A stretch of DNA of 20,000 nt from Plasmodiophora brassicae (taxonomy: Eukaryota): the NCBI GenBank assembly GCA_036867785.1, contig CP145422.1:1107680-1127679 (forward strand), read 5' to 3'. The position numbers and the translations under genes are program-made. The notes beneath the pieces were generated by a model. It was not told where the DNA came from. It did no database searches and saw nothing but the letters and a program-made list of their open reading frames with translations. Shown piece after piece: positions 1 through 11,300 of the stretch (position 1 is its first letter; every line of letters starts with the position of its first letter).

Positions 1-2
1 CC

Positions 3-1147
3 GTTCTTCTCGACCAGGACCCGGTACTGGATACGTTTTAACCCAGCGATCCATTTGCGCTGACCCCGCCTTTGTCATGACCAGTCCATATGGTGCGTCT
101 CGTCATGGAACGACCTTGGCAGACCTCGGTATGCACACGACAATCGAACCCTGTCCCGAACGGATTACTTCCCTGGACTTGTACGGTACAAATGAGTGTC
201 GCGGGGGGTCTCGGGTGAGTCAAAGGCTCCTGCATTGTAGGGATGGATGCTCAGCCGGTCGCTGTGGCTGGAGTTGAGTCCACGCTTCCCCTTGGATCAG
301 TGGGATCATTGGATGCGTCTCGACACTGTCAGTCGCGGCCGCTCGTGTATTGTCCCTGAGGTGCGGTTTCGCCCATTTCTGGTAATCGGTTCTCAGGTGT
401 TCGATGTTGACGCAGGTATCACGAAATCGAAATATTGGAGAGAGCGGCACAACGGACGGAGCGTTCTTCGCGTCGCGCGTAGCATCTATCAAGTTCAACG
501 AAGACCCGGTCGATGACTTTGGCCCTGTGGATTACCTGTTGAAGCGGAACTATGATCGGTACGTCCGCGACGTTGTTCGGCGCGGTCGGATCATGGGCGA
601 CGTGGGGGAGATTGCCGCGTTTGTCGGGGCGAACAGTCGTGGCAGCGCGGGGACAAAGCAGTACCTCGTGGCTCCTTACCTGCTTGAAGAGTATGCGTCT
701 GTAACCGCGTCTCTCGACCTGCTGGATACCCCGCGTGGGTACTACCAGGGCGTCACTCTGCTGTCACTGGGGCCGTCTCGCGGCATTGTTCTGATTGATC
801 GTCGTGTTTCGCCGTTCTGTCCTGATCATCTGCGCCAGCTTCCGAACCCATCCTTGTTGGCGCTGGCCGCTGAACGGAATGTCGACTGTGACGCGACCTG
901 CGCCGGGGTGTCGATGGTTTGCGATCGATACCATTTCCAATTCATCAATACGTGCTCGGCGCTGGAGAGCGCGTTCCCCTGCGAAAGAGGGTGTCTGGGT
1001 GGCGTTGTTGGCGATGACGTGCCGAACTATGTGTCCAGTTCAGCGAAGCCGGACCTGCACGGGTTCTGCCTGACTACCGAGGGATGGCCAACGTGCACCG
1101 CCAAGCACTGGACCACTTCCCGTCTGTGTCCATGTATTCCTCGATAG
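3..1147 (+). CDS. MGAT1: Alpha-1,3-mannosyl-glycoprotein beta-1,2-N-acetylglucosaminyltransferase I (GT13/GnT-I family), 5'-partial, with C-terminal GnT-V-like Cys-rich domain
   Basis: Spliced exons <3-23, 85-180, 241-360, 416-1147 (GT-AG introns 24-84, 181-240, 361-415) give LLDQDP-SIWCVSSWNDLG...LSRTDYFPGL-GWMLSRSLWLELSPRFPLDQWDHWMR...GRSCIVPE-VSRNRNIGESG, the hallmark GT13 motifs. TAG stop at 1145-1147. Confidence 0.92.
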
Positions 1148-1668
1148 GCAGCCGGTTGCGTCCCATCCTGTTATTCTTGCATTTCAAGCTCATTAAACCG
1201 ATCCATCTACCTGACGCGCTGAGCCTGACGTCGCTAGGTTGTATGATCCCGATAGCCGGTTTGGACGTAGACATTCGTTTCGCCCGTGGAAAACAACGTT
1301 GCCGAGGATGTGACAGCCCTCGTCAGGCTGCATAAACAAAGGCCTACGATACACCTGCGACCTGCGTGACCTTGGGCGCAGGAGCGTCTTTTGAAAAGGC
1401 AACATCGACGGCGCAGGTCGCTCTTCTGGCATATGAACGTAAGCGCATTCATTGCCCACTGATAACCGAAGTGGTATCATCGTCGACGCGATAACAACGC
1501 CCTGCAATCCGTTGATGGGTGCTGTTCCGACAAGTACTTCGTTTTCGGTCATGACGTCGGATGCCCCATGAGGAAATTGTTGTCTCCGACAGATACGGTG
1601 TAGTTATCGAAAATGTAGAATACTGACCAGAACGTGGGCACCACGAACTGAGGGGAAGTCCCCTGATC

Positions 1669-2217
1669 TCAACCCTGCTCGACCTGGTTGCCGGCTTCAT
1701 CCTTCTCTTTCATCATCTTGCCGACCACGAAGCTCCAAGCGTCGCGCGACTGGCGTACCTTGATGGCGTATACAGCCAACGCGGCAATGCAAATCATGAG
1801 CAGGACGGTGAACAGCGTCATTGCCAGCAGTGTGATCGTGCGTATGTCGCTGGTAACCATCTCCTTCCATGATTCATGCGAGCCTGGTGTCGATGTCGAA
1901 TATTGAGCAGCAGTAGACGACCCAGCCGCCGGTTCTGCAATTGAAGCCTGCCGCTTCCCAATGGCCCTCACGACGGCAACCGTGCCTAGGGCAGCCGCCG
2001 TGCCTGCTGCAGCCAAGAGCTTAGCGTTCCCGTCTGTGGCAGTCAAAGGTGAGGCCGCCTGGGCAGTATGCTCTACCGCTACGACGTTACTCTTTGTCAT
2101 GAACGGGGCTGGCGGTGCCGGATGGTCATCCTGACGGTCCCCACTAGTGGCATCGGCGTCAGGCAGGAGGAGCACGCATACGGCCAACCACACGAACGAC
2201 GTGACGAGATGTTCCAT
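1669..2217 (-). CDS. Hypothetical 182-aa protein with N-terminal signal peptide and C-terminal transmembrane helix
   Basis: From ATG 2217: MEHLVTSFVWLAVCVLLLPDADA (hydrophobic core, AxA cleavage site), an Ala/Ser/Thr-rich middle with an internal hydrophobic stretch, then ITLLAMTLFTVLLMICIAALAVYAI followed by basic residues. Single exon. Confidence 0.7.
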   Translation of the reverse strand: MEHLVTSFVWLAVCVLLLPDADATSGDRQDDHPAPPAPFMTKSNVVAVEHTAQAASPLTATDGNAKLLAAAGTAAALGTVAVVRAIGKRQASIAEPAAGSSTAAQYSTSTPGSHESWKEMVTSDIRTITLLAMTLFTVLLMICIAALAVYAIKVRQSRDAWSFVVGKMMKEKDEAGNQVEQG

Positions 2218-2468
2218 GGGCAGCGGTTCGCAGGCACACGCGGCGATGTCGACGGGCTGGCGATGGCCCGCTACGCCCCGAAATAGAATCTCCCGACACC
2301 CGAAATGGCAGGGCACACGCAGCAGCACCAGACAGTGAGACCCCAACAGCTGTGTCCACTAAACGACTTCCGTCGATGACGCTGGCCGCGCCAACAGACC
2401 ACAGCAGCGGGAACCGACTGACGTAACTGACGTAATATATTCGTGTCGATAGGGCGACCGCGCATGCG

Positions 2469-3656
2469 TCATTCCGCCTGCCTATCGATGAACTTGCTTT
2501 CTGGGTAGAACGTCGCGCCGACTAGCTTGCCGTTGAACGACCGCGTCTTCAGGACGTCCCGAGCCGCGCTGGCATGATCGACGCTGTCGAACTGGACCCA
2601 TATCTTGCCGACACCGGGCGGGTCGTTTTCGGGGCCGTCCGCCGACGGCTTCGGGATCCAGACTTGCTCAACCGGACCGAACTTCTGGCACTCCTCGCGC
2701 ACGTCCAGCAGAATATCATCGTACTCGTCCTTGTCGAGGAGATCGCCCCTCGAGCACATGTTAGTCAGCAGAATGACGCGAGTGGGCGCCGTGATGGCCT
2801 GGTCGACGAGGTGAGCAGGAACGGGCGGCGCCGCTGTCGAATGGGCCGGTAGTCGGCCGGTGCAGTCCGCTGGGGCGGCTGGCAGGCCGGCAATATCCAT
2901 GACGAACGTGTCAAGGTGGTCCGGTGCCGGCATGTAATCCGCTGGGCGTCCCACGCGAAGCGGGCGACCGCCGAGCATCAGGCCGTCAAAGATGTCGATG
3001 CAGCGGGTCGCATCTGAGACAGCACGACATTCGCTGATTAACGATTTCAGCTCACATACGAACGGGGCCGACCAATCATACAACATGTGACATGTAACTT
3101 ACACGAACTGAGAAGACGAGGTCAGAATCGGAGCACACACGGGCCAGACGCGGTCCGAACTTACACAGAAGGACCCGTCGGAGCTCGTCCAGACGGAGAC
3201 GACGGGGTTCGGCGTGGTGATCCCACTGGCGATGGCCGCGTTCGTGAAGAACTGGACGAGGGCGGCCTCGGTGAACCCCGCGCCAATCGGCAGGTTGCCG
3301 CAGTACAGGCGCCGGGCCTGACGAGTGACCTGCGCCAGCTGCGGGTTCGATCCCGCGGGCGATTGCGACAGGAGCTGCTTGATGAGCTCCGGGTTGGGTC
3401 GGGGCGGCGACGGGATCGCACGGGTGCGGCTGCGGCTGCGGGTCTGGCGACGGCTGCGGCTGCGGCTGCGGCTCCGGTGACGGCGATGGCGGCGCGGCGA
3501 CCTCGACGATGGACGCCGGCGAGGGTGACGCCCGGACGGCGACACCGACCTGTGCCGGCGGCGGTGACGCGACGACCGGGATCGCGACCGCGACTGCGAC
3601 CGCGACCGGGACCGGTGCCGATGGCGAGGGCGTCGGTCGGATCGCGGTTCCGACAT
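2469..3656 (-). CDS. U2AF large subunit (U2AF65)-like splicing factor: RS domain, RRM1, C-terminal UHM (about 353 aa)
   Basis: Exons 3656-3165, 3107-3103, 3033-2469. RS-rich N-terminus; TRQARRLYCGNLP (U2AF65 RRM1 start); FCFVECR...FDGLMLGGRPLRVGRPADY; PTRVILLTNM...EYDDILLDVREECQKFGPVEQVWIPKP...GVGKIWVQF...RSFNGKLVGATFY (UHM). Confidence 0.9.
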
Positions 3657-4157
3657 CTGTCCTTGCTGCGCGGTCCGCACCACCCGCCGCGGATTGTCCA
3701 ACTGAGCCGCCACAATTCGGCGACGGCCAGATGCGACCTGTGCCGTCAGCCGCGCACGGCTGACGGCACCACGCCCCGGGTGGATACAACGATTTATATA
3801 CCGAGGTAGGACAGCGCAGGCGAAACAACCAGCGGGGGCACCCTGCAGTACATGGATGGTTGCAATGGGAGAGAGACCCGTGCGAGTTACACGCCAATGT
3901 GGCGAGATCGTCATAGTAGGCGGGGTAAGGCCGTCCTCTGTTTCACCTGGGCGTTATGCTCGTCAGCAGTAGAGCGGAAGCCTGCCTGCTGAGGTAGGTA
4001 GTGCTGCTACTTACTCTAATAGTGCAGGCAGTGTGCTCACCTGTCGTTGGGTGTCCCGTTTTGGGGCGGCGGCGGCGTCGCGTGCGTCGGGGTCTCATTG
4101 CGGGGCTGTGCAGCGGCGCGGGTTGATCCTGTCCCAGTCGGTTGGGGTGCCGCCGCC

Positions 4158-4665
4158 ATGTTCATCGACAAGCTCAGCAAGAACGCGTCGCACCGATGGG
4201 CCATGCTGCGTACCATGGCGACGCAGCTGCTTCAGTACGGGCGGATTGAGACGACGCTGCCCAAGGCGCGGCAGCTGTCCAAGGTGGCCGACCGCCTCAT
4301 CACGTACGCCAAGCGCGGCACGGCCGGGTCCCGCATGCAGGCGACCCGCATCGTGCGAAGCACGGACATGATCGACAAGCTGTTCAAGGAGATCGCCCCT
4401 CGGTACACGCACCGGGACGGCGGGTACACGCGCGTCCTGCGATCCCGCAAGCGGTACGGCGACAACGCCACCATGGCCTTCATCGAATACGTTGACAGGT
4501 ACGCGCACCTGGGCGGCTAACCGCATGTCAACTGATGCTGGATCTCGTTTGGGCAGACCCGGGGAATTGCGACAGGCGCGAGCGCCGCCCACGATGGCAC
4601 CGCGGTCGTCTACGACGGCGTCATCCGTGTCGGACGTCGATGTTGAAGGCGAGACTGTCCAGTAG
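4158..4665 (+). CDS. MRPL17: Ribosomal protein bL17, nuclear-encoded, probably mitochondrial (149 aa)
   Basis: Exons 4158-4498 and 4557-4665 (intron 4499-4556). KLSKNASHRWAMLRTMATQLLQYGRIETTLPKARQLSKVADRLITYAKRG...LFKEIAPRYTHRDGGYTRV...GDNATMAFIEYVDRPGELR are canonical bL17 motifs. Confidence 0.95.
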
Positions 4666-4768
4666 ATCGGGATCGGCAATAAAGCCTCACAGGTCTCCCC
4701 AACATCTAAATATCTGTGCATCTAACAACGACAGGCACGCGTCTCTCTATCCGTGTTACGTGACGACG

Positions 4769-7278
4769 ATGACGGATACGATGGACATGACGGTCGTCCA
4801 GCCGTTGTCGATGACAATCATGACGGAGGGGACGACGACGGTCATGGGGTCGTTTGCCACGAGTCGTAGGGACGACGGGGTGGGCGACGGACGACAGGAG
4901 GATCGCGGCCTGGAGGATCCCGTGCTGACGAGCTTCTGGGACTTGGTCCCCGACATCGTCGAGGTGTACATGCGAGGAAGTGCAGGTGCCGGTGCTGTTG
5001 GAACAGGGGCGGTATCGTCGCCATCTGTCGCACGAGTCGAGGCATTGCCTGACGACGCACCGGATTCCATTGCCATACCTTTGCAGTCCATGCGATTCGA
5101 CAACAAACCCATCAGAACCAAGGTATGTACACTGAACACGGCCAGTATGGGGTAACCAGCAATGGGCGCGACCTGAGCGTCTGACGCAGATCAGGACGGC
5201 GGAGGAGAAGAGGGCCGAAATCATGGCGAAATGGCAGAACGACGCCAGGTACAGAGACTTGTTCGACTCGGCCGTCATTGTCGTCGTGGACGACGCTGAC
5301 GATAACGCCAACAACACTGCATCCGGCGGCTCGCCAGACGATAGTACAAGCAGCAAAGGGTCGGTGGGGGGTATTCGACCCGTTGGCCCAGTGTTCTGAA
5401 CGGCGCGCGCTCGATGGTAGGCAATCGTGCGACCTGAGCGACTACGTGGGGCAGGCCCAGTCGACGCATTCCCTGAAACTGAAGCAGCCGATGTTACTGT
5501 CGTCGGCGCACCCGCTCGCCAGCCAGGCATACAAGGTCTTCAAGAAGATCGCCACGTACATGATGGATCGCAAGTCCAGCAAGACGCCTCTCGTTCAGGT
5601 AGGGTCTGTGCGGCAGCCGCCCTCGGCGTTTCAGTTCACATGTGTGGCGTTTCAACAGGCACACGAGCTGCTCGAGGTGGCCATCAGGGCTCCAGAAGCC
5701 CTACGCGATGAGATCCTTGTTCAGGTTATGAAGCAGACGAACGAAAACCCGTCGCCTGAGTCGACCGTTCGTGGCTGGCGCCTGCTGTCGTTATGCCTCG
5801 GGCACTTCCCGCCGTCGTCGCAGCTGGCGCCCTACGTCAAATCGTATGTCGCGTCCGCGATCCAGTCATCGTCCAGCGAGGTCGTCGACATCGCCAAGTA
5901 CTGCATGTCGAATGTGGCACAAGTCGTCGTCAGCGGCGCCCGGGTTCATGCTGCGTCCAATGCAGAGATTGCCGCCTGCGAACGTCGCCGACCTGTCGTC
6001 GTCAAGGTACGCCTGGGACGTCGACGGCGCGCCACTCGACTAACACATCGTGCACGGCTTGTAGATCTGGCACTCGAGCGACCCTCGCGACGTGCTGCGA
6101 GTGGCTGTCGAGCCGCATACGACTGTCCGGGCCACGGTTCAGGCCGTCTCGGTGCGCCTGGGTATAACGATGCCGGCCGCGTTCGGCCTGTCCGTTCGAC
6201 GACGCAAAGGCGCCCTGCGTCAGGAGATGGCCGCGTACGAGAAGGTGCTGGACGTCGTGTCCGAATGCCTCATGGCGGGGCGGGCCAAGGACAAGGACAA
6301 CGCAACGGTCAAAGGGAAAGCCCGAACGCCAAAGGCGTCGTCGTCGTCGGCCGACGAAGCTGATCTGGTGGTGGCCATGAGCGGGATTGATGTCGGGATC
6401 CTGTTTCACGCGCGTCTCCTGATTGCCAGCAAGAACGCGTCACTGTCCGATGGCGAATTGCACATATTCTTCCAGCGGTGCGTGTCGGACGTGCTGGCCG
6501 GTCATTACCCGGCCGACGAGAAGGACCTCATGGCCCTGGCCGTCATCCAGTGCTATGCCCAGCGCATCTGCAAGGACGCGAAGGACAGTGCAGGAGCCAG
6601 CCAGCAGGGCATGCCGGAGACATTGCCAAGGACCGGGAGTGGGGCATCGGCGGAAGATCAGGGGTCCGACTGGCTGTTCGAGTACCTGCCCGCTGATATC
6701 ATCGCCATGCGCAGTCGCCCGTACCTGCAGAAACGACTGATGACCGATGCGGTCAAGACCATGGAGGGCAAGTCCAGGCGCGATGCCGAGATGGAATACC
6801 TCAGGTTCGAACCGCTCCATCGTGCATGCGTTCACGCCGGATGACCGATTAATGCTGTGGTTGCCAGATACACGGAGAAGTGGCCGACCAGCGGAGGGAC
6901 ATTCTTCGCCGCCACGCGACTAAAGAACGAGGCCAAAGGCAACGAGGACCAGCCTGTACTTCTGTGCGTCACCGAACGCGGTCTGCACTGCTGCGATCCG
7001 GGAACGAAGGCAGTCGTGAGTTGCGCCTGCTGTCGTACGGTATTCCCGCAATGTGCTCATTGTCGTAGAGGCAAATGTTCCCGTACGCTCGCATAAAGAC
7101 GATGGGCGACGTGAACGGGAACCTGCTGTCCGTGGTGGCCGGGTCCGACCTACACGAGTTCCGCATGCAATTCCTGACGGATCAGGCGCCTATGATCCAC
7201 GACCTCATGCAAGAGTATATTTCCGTCATGGCCAGCACCCACTCGAACGTCATCCAAGACGTCATCACCGAATCGTGA
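4769..7278 (+). CDS. MyTH4-FERM domain protein without a motor domain (about 715 aa)
   Basis: Predicted exons 4769-5122, 5190-5359, 5421-5598, 5659-6006, 6065-6804, 6868-7015, 7069-7278 join in frame. MyTH4 motifs: VFKKIATYMMDR, LRDEILVQVMKQTNENPSPESTVRGWRLLSLCLGHFPPSSQLAPYV. FERM motifs: FQRCVSDVLAGHYP...LMALAVIQ, AEMEYLR..EKWPTSGGTFF, VLLCVTERGLH. The start codon and first two exons are less certain. Confidence 0.85.
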
Positions 7279-8324
7279 GATGGCAAGCAACACCAGCATG
7301 CATGCATGCACGAACGATTGTACATCAGTCCATGTCCCGCCAGCGTTGACAACGACATGCTAGTTTGGTAGATCAGCGGTCGTCGAGACCGACAACCTTG
7401 TTATTCAGCGTCCGATCCTGCATGTATTTATACACGATGCAGAATACAGGACTACTGCCCATATGTGTATGGCTGCTGTAGACGTACGTAGCGTTCTTGT
7501 TCGCAGTTAGGCGGCGAAGTCGACCTCTGTTAGCATTCGGCCTTACCACATTCTGCAAACTGTTTACAAAGAAGGAGCGGAACAGCCCAAGTGCTGCAGG
7601 GAGGGAAGAGGCCCGCGTCCAGCTCTAACAGAGCACCGAGGTCACCAATCCTGGTCCGATTCAGAGACGCACCATGTAGTAGTAATAACTAGCCCAGCTT
7701 TTGATTGTCAGAGGCGGCGACCGTCTGGAGGTGTAGGTACCTGCGGAATGCGGCAGGCCAACACGGAACGAAGCTCGTTTCAGGCTAGAACGATCAGCGC
7801 GTCGGCGAATTGCTCTCTACGAAACTGTAAAATGCCTCAGTCTTATAACGTACAATGCAGCACATGAGCAGTATTATAGACGTCTTGGGGTAAGGATAGA
7901 TCAAGATGAAAGCATCCACGAGGGCGGACACTGAACATCGGGATCGTAATTTGGCAGCGGTCCGTTCGAGGACTTACGCCTGCCAAGCGTTCCCGCAGTC
8001 ATAACGGTTGGCGAGACGCCGATCCGGATCCATGCCGTTTGCTATAAACGCTATGGGCAATGGCCGTCCTGCCCGGTACACGATAGCAACCCGCGTCGTC
8101 GCGCTCCTTGTTCTAAATTGCCTGACTGTGGACATGGGCCATGGCAAGCTTGGTGGTCATTTCCGAGATTCATCACTAACAGGAGATCGGTCAGAAACAA
8201 AATACACAGGTCACCGGATCCCGACATGTGGATATTGTAATATTGTAATGACGAGATCACTCGAGAATGGTATGAGAGCACAGGCTGTGGACCCGTGGTG
8301 CATTGTCACCGGAACACAATATTG

Positions 8325-11300
8325 TTACTCTTTGACCATGGCAGAGGGTGTTGCTGTGATGTGCCGCCGGATTGTGTCGAGGACCGTCGCAGCGGTATCG
8401 ATCAAGGCCATGTCCGTCGGCTGCTGTATGACGGCTTCGAGTTTGCCGATGAACGTCGTGTCGAGCGTTTCTGGGAACGTTCCGGCGCCGATTTGCACAC
8501 GAACCAATGGCCACCATGTAACCATACACTGCAACAGGCGAAGCAAATTCGCACGATGTATCATCAGTGCGCGATCAGCAGGCGGTGGTGGCCCAGGCGC
8601 TGCAGACGGCATGCCCAGAATCAGATCTACGACAGGATCCGAAGGCTTACTGGTCGGGTTGACAATGTGAATGCGATGCAGAGGGTGCATGCGTTTATGC
8701 GCACCCTGGCACAATTCGCATTCGTCGAAATCGTCGCAGTCGAAGCAGTGGTAGCGGGTTGACGAGAAACCCAGGTCCTTCCGACATACATCACAAGAGA
8801 ACTGAACCGATACGCCCTGCAAGCGACTGATAGAATGGTGCAACGCATCCAAAGCTGACGGCGTCGTCGTTGGTTTCGACGTCCGGCAAAGACCATTAGA
8901 CCTCTCGACGACGTCGGCCCATGATATTGGTGACTCCAACCGCACCGGGGCCCACCTGCCGGGGAAAGAGGGTGGGGGTCCACCCATGGAAAATGCAGAG
9001 GATGCAGAGGACGCTGCGCGGGTTGACGATCCACCAAACAGACTTGAAGGCGGCACAGGCGGTGCTGCCGCGGAAGGCGCCGGTGAACCAAAGTACACAG
9101 GTACTGGCCCCACCGTTTGCGACCCACACCCCGGCCTGGCTGGCGCTGAAGGCGCACAAGGCACATTGCGAATCGGCAGGCTTGCCGGATTCGGCGAACC
9201 GAAGAACCCGTGTGCCTGAGCAACAGCCGGAACCAAATGCGGATTCGGTGGGCGGACCAGACAAGGTTGTGGGTCGGGAGCCGCGTGCTCCATATCGATT
9301 GGTTCGTGAGGAATCGTGGTCTGCGCACGGCCAAGGTACGATGTCGAACCCGACGGCGCCGGCACGTTGAACGCGAACGACACGTCGTCTTCGATGCGGT
9401 CGCGCATGCGCTGGACCGCGACACTGCCGTTCCAGACCACGTACTTCGAATCGGTCATGGCTGACATCCATTCGTATGCCAGATCTGCACCGGATAACGT
9501 TTCGTCAGCGACGCGAACATTCGTGCGGTCGTCAATGTTGCCGTTGATTACAACCCGGATCCGGCGAGATACCTCCTCAAAGTCGGGCAGGCGACTCACG
9601 ACGTAGAGCATCAAGTCTTGGTCAACATCGGCCCCGACAATCTTCGCACCCACAGAATTCACGTCTGTGACGACGTCGGGCTTGTCGAACTGAAGTCGAT
9701 TCCCAGCTTGAGCCGCGAGAACTTGGACGCCTGATACGGTGATGTCGATCGGCTGTCGACGAAGAGCGGCAACCCACGCTGCAAATTCGATCCTGAAGAT
9801 ACGGTCCAGGCCAGGCTCGTCGACCTGCATCGACAGCAATGCAGGGCATGGGCCTAGAACGCGAGCCACTCGCGATGCGGTATCCTGACTGACCCAGGCC
9901 CCAAATCCGGTAACAACGCCACCACAGACCTGCAATTCCCTGCACACCACTTCCAGGTCGTCCAGTACGGCATCAACCGGGCCATTATGCCCGCCGTCCG
10001 TATCAAAGTCGATGAACGTCTTGAGGTTCAGGGACTCGCCGGCGGCTTTAGCGAGCAGTGGTCGTGCCAGTTGCTTTGCACCTCGAACAGGCACCACGAA
10101 ATCTGTGCCGCCGTTAGGACGAAGCCCAGACAGCCAGGCAAACAACTCGTTGACAGAATCGAGCGCCTGGCGCGTGGCGTCGTTCGTGAAACTGGACTGA
10201 TGCAGAGATTCGGGGGCGTCTTTGACCCGAAATGACACAAGACGGTGGCCCAGCAGCGTATGGTCAAATGCAATGACAAGTTCTGCCCAGATATCGTTGC
10301 CGTCGATGAGACCTGCATTCAGCAATGTCTTGATTGCGCCCAAACGTTTCTCGATGCGCGTGCGCGCCATCTTGTTGAAACAGTCGCGAACAGTGCCCGT
10401 CTGAGACCAAACCAGGCCAGTGCTCCCCGACGAATCCGACATTGTCAGGTGCAGAAGCAGGGCAGGTGACCTTCGGCTCGACAGCGACGTCGGCGTATGA
10501 ATCCGGACGCGCATCAGCCGACCGGGAACCGACACGGTTACACGTTCGCGATCCAGGTCGTTGTTCGGCGCTAGGATCGTGCATTGCGTCGAGAGGCTAT
10601 CGTTGACAGATGTCTGCAGAAGACGGTCGGCCTTCGGATTCGGTATTGCCAACCATGCGACCAGGAACGTCGGTTGCGGGGGCAAGCACGCCCACCGGTA
10701 TCCACGTTCCGATATTGGCGACGCCGCCAGCATGCAGTAATTGGTCGGGAACTGGGATTTCAAATGGTGATACGCTCGGCTGTGGGTGCTAACGGGCAGA
10801 AGTTCCGCCGAAGACGGCAGGCGCAGGGAAACAGAAAGCAACGTATTGCCAGATCCATCGTAGACCGGTGCCCAGGGTAGGAACAAGGCAAACGGAAGCA
10901 AACGGCCGGTGCCAAGGTCGCTTCCGTCGGGACGTGAACCCATCATATCGTACAGAACCGGGTTCAACGCTGACAGACGAAGCGTGACGCGACCCTTGTG
11001 AGCAACGGGGCCGATTTCGACGGTGATGTCGTCGTCGACGGCCGCTGTCGCAATCCCGGCGGTCTGATTCGTCCCGGATTGGCGAACGGCATCGACAACG
11101 GCCTGCGCTTGAGCGGTGTACGCGATGGACGTCGGGATATCAATCCAGGACTGGGTCGTTTCGTCCCATTCGTGCAACGCTGTCGAGATGAGATTGAGCA
11201 GAGATTTGTCGTGCGAGGAGATTCTAGTGCGGGCCAGGCGCAGACGCACCGACATGGACTCCCCCGGATGCGGGTTCGTAAAATCCAGTGTCAGCGTTAC

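Noticed and set aside
1193-1552. 119-aa minus-strand ORF
   Set aside because: No recognisable motif or convincing splice model; it lies between converging gene ends.
3420-3620. Hexamer tandem repeats (CGGCTG, CGCGAC)
   Set aside because: They encode the Arg-Ser dipeptides of the U2AF RS domain and are not an independent repeat.
3960-4040. Small hairpin (CCTGCCT-GCTG-AGGTAGG) in the divergent U2AF/bL17 intergenic region as a possible ncRNA
   Set aside because: Short stem with no snoRNA, tRNA or snRNA boxes; compatible with chance or promoter sequence.
4047-4157. N-terminal extension of the bL17 ORF in the ORF track
   Set aside because: It starts at a non-ATG codon; GCCGCCATG at 4158 is a strong start and matches the bL17 N-terminus.
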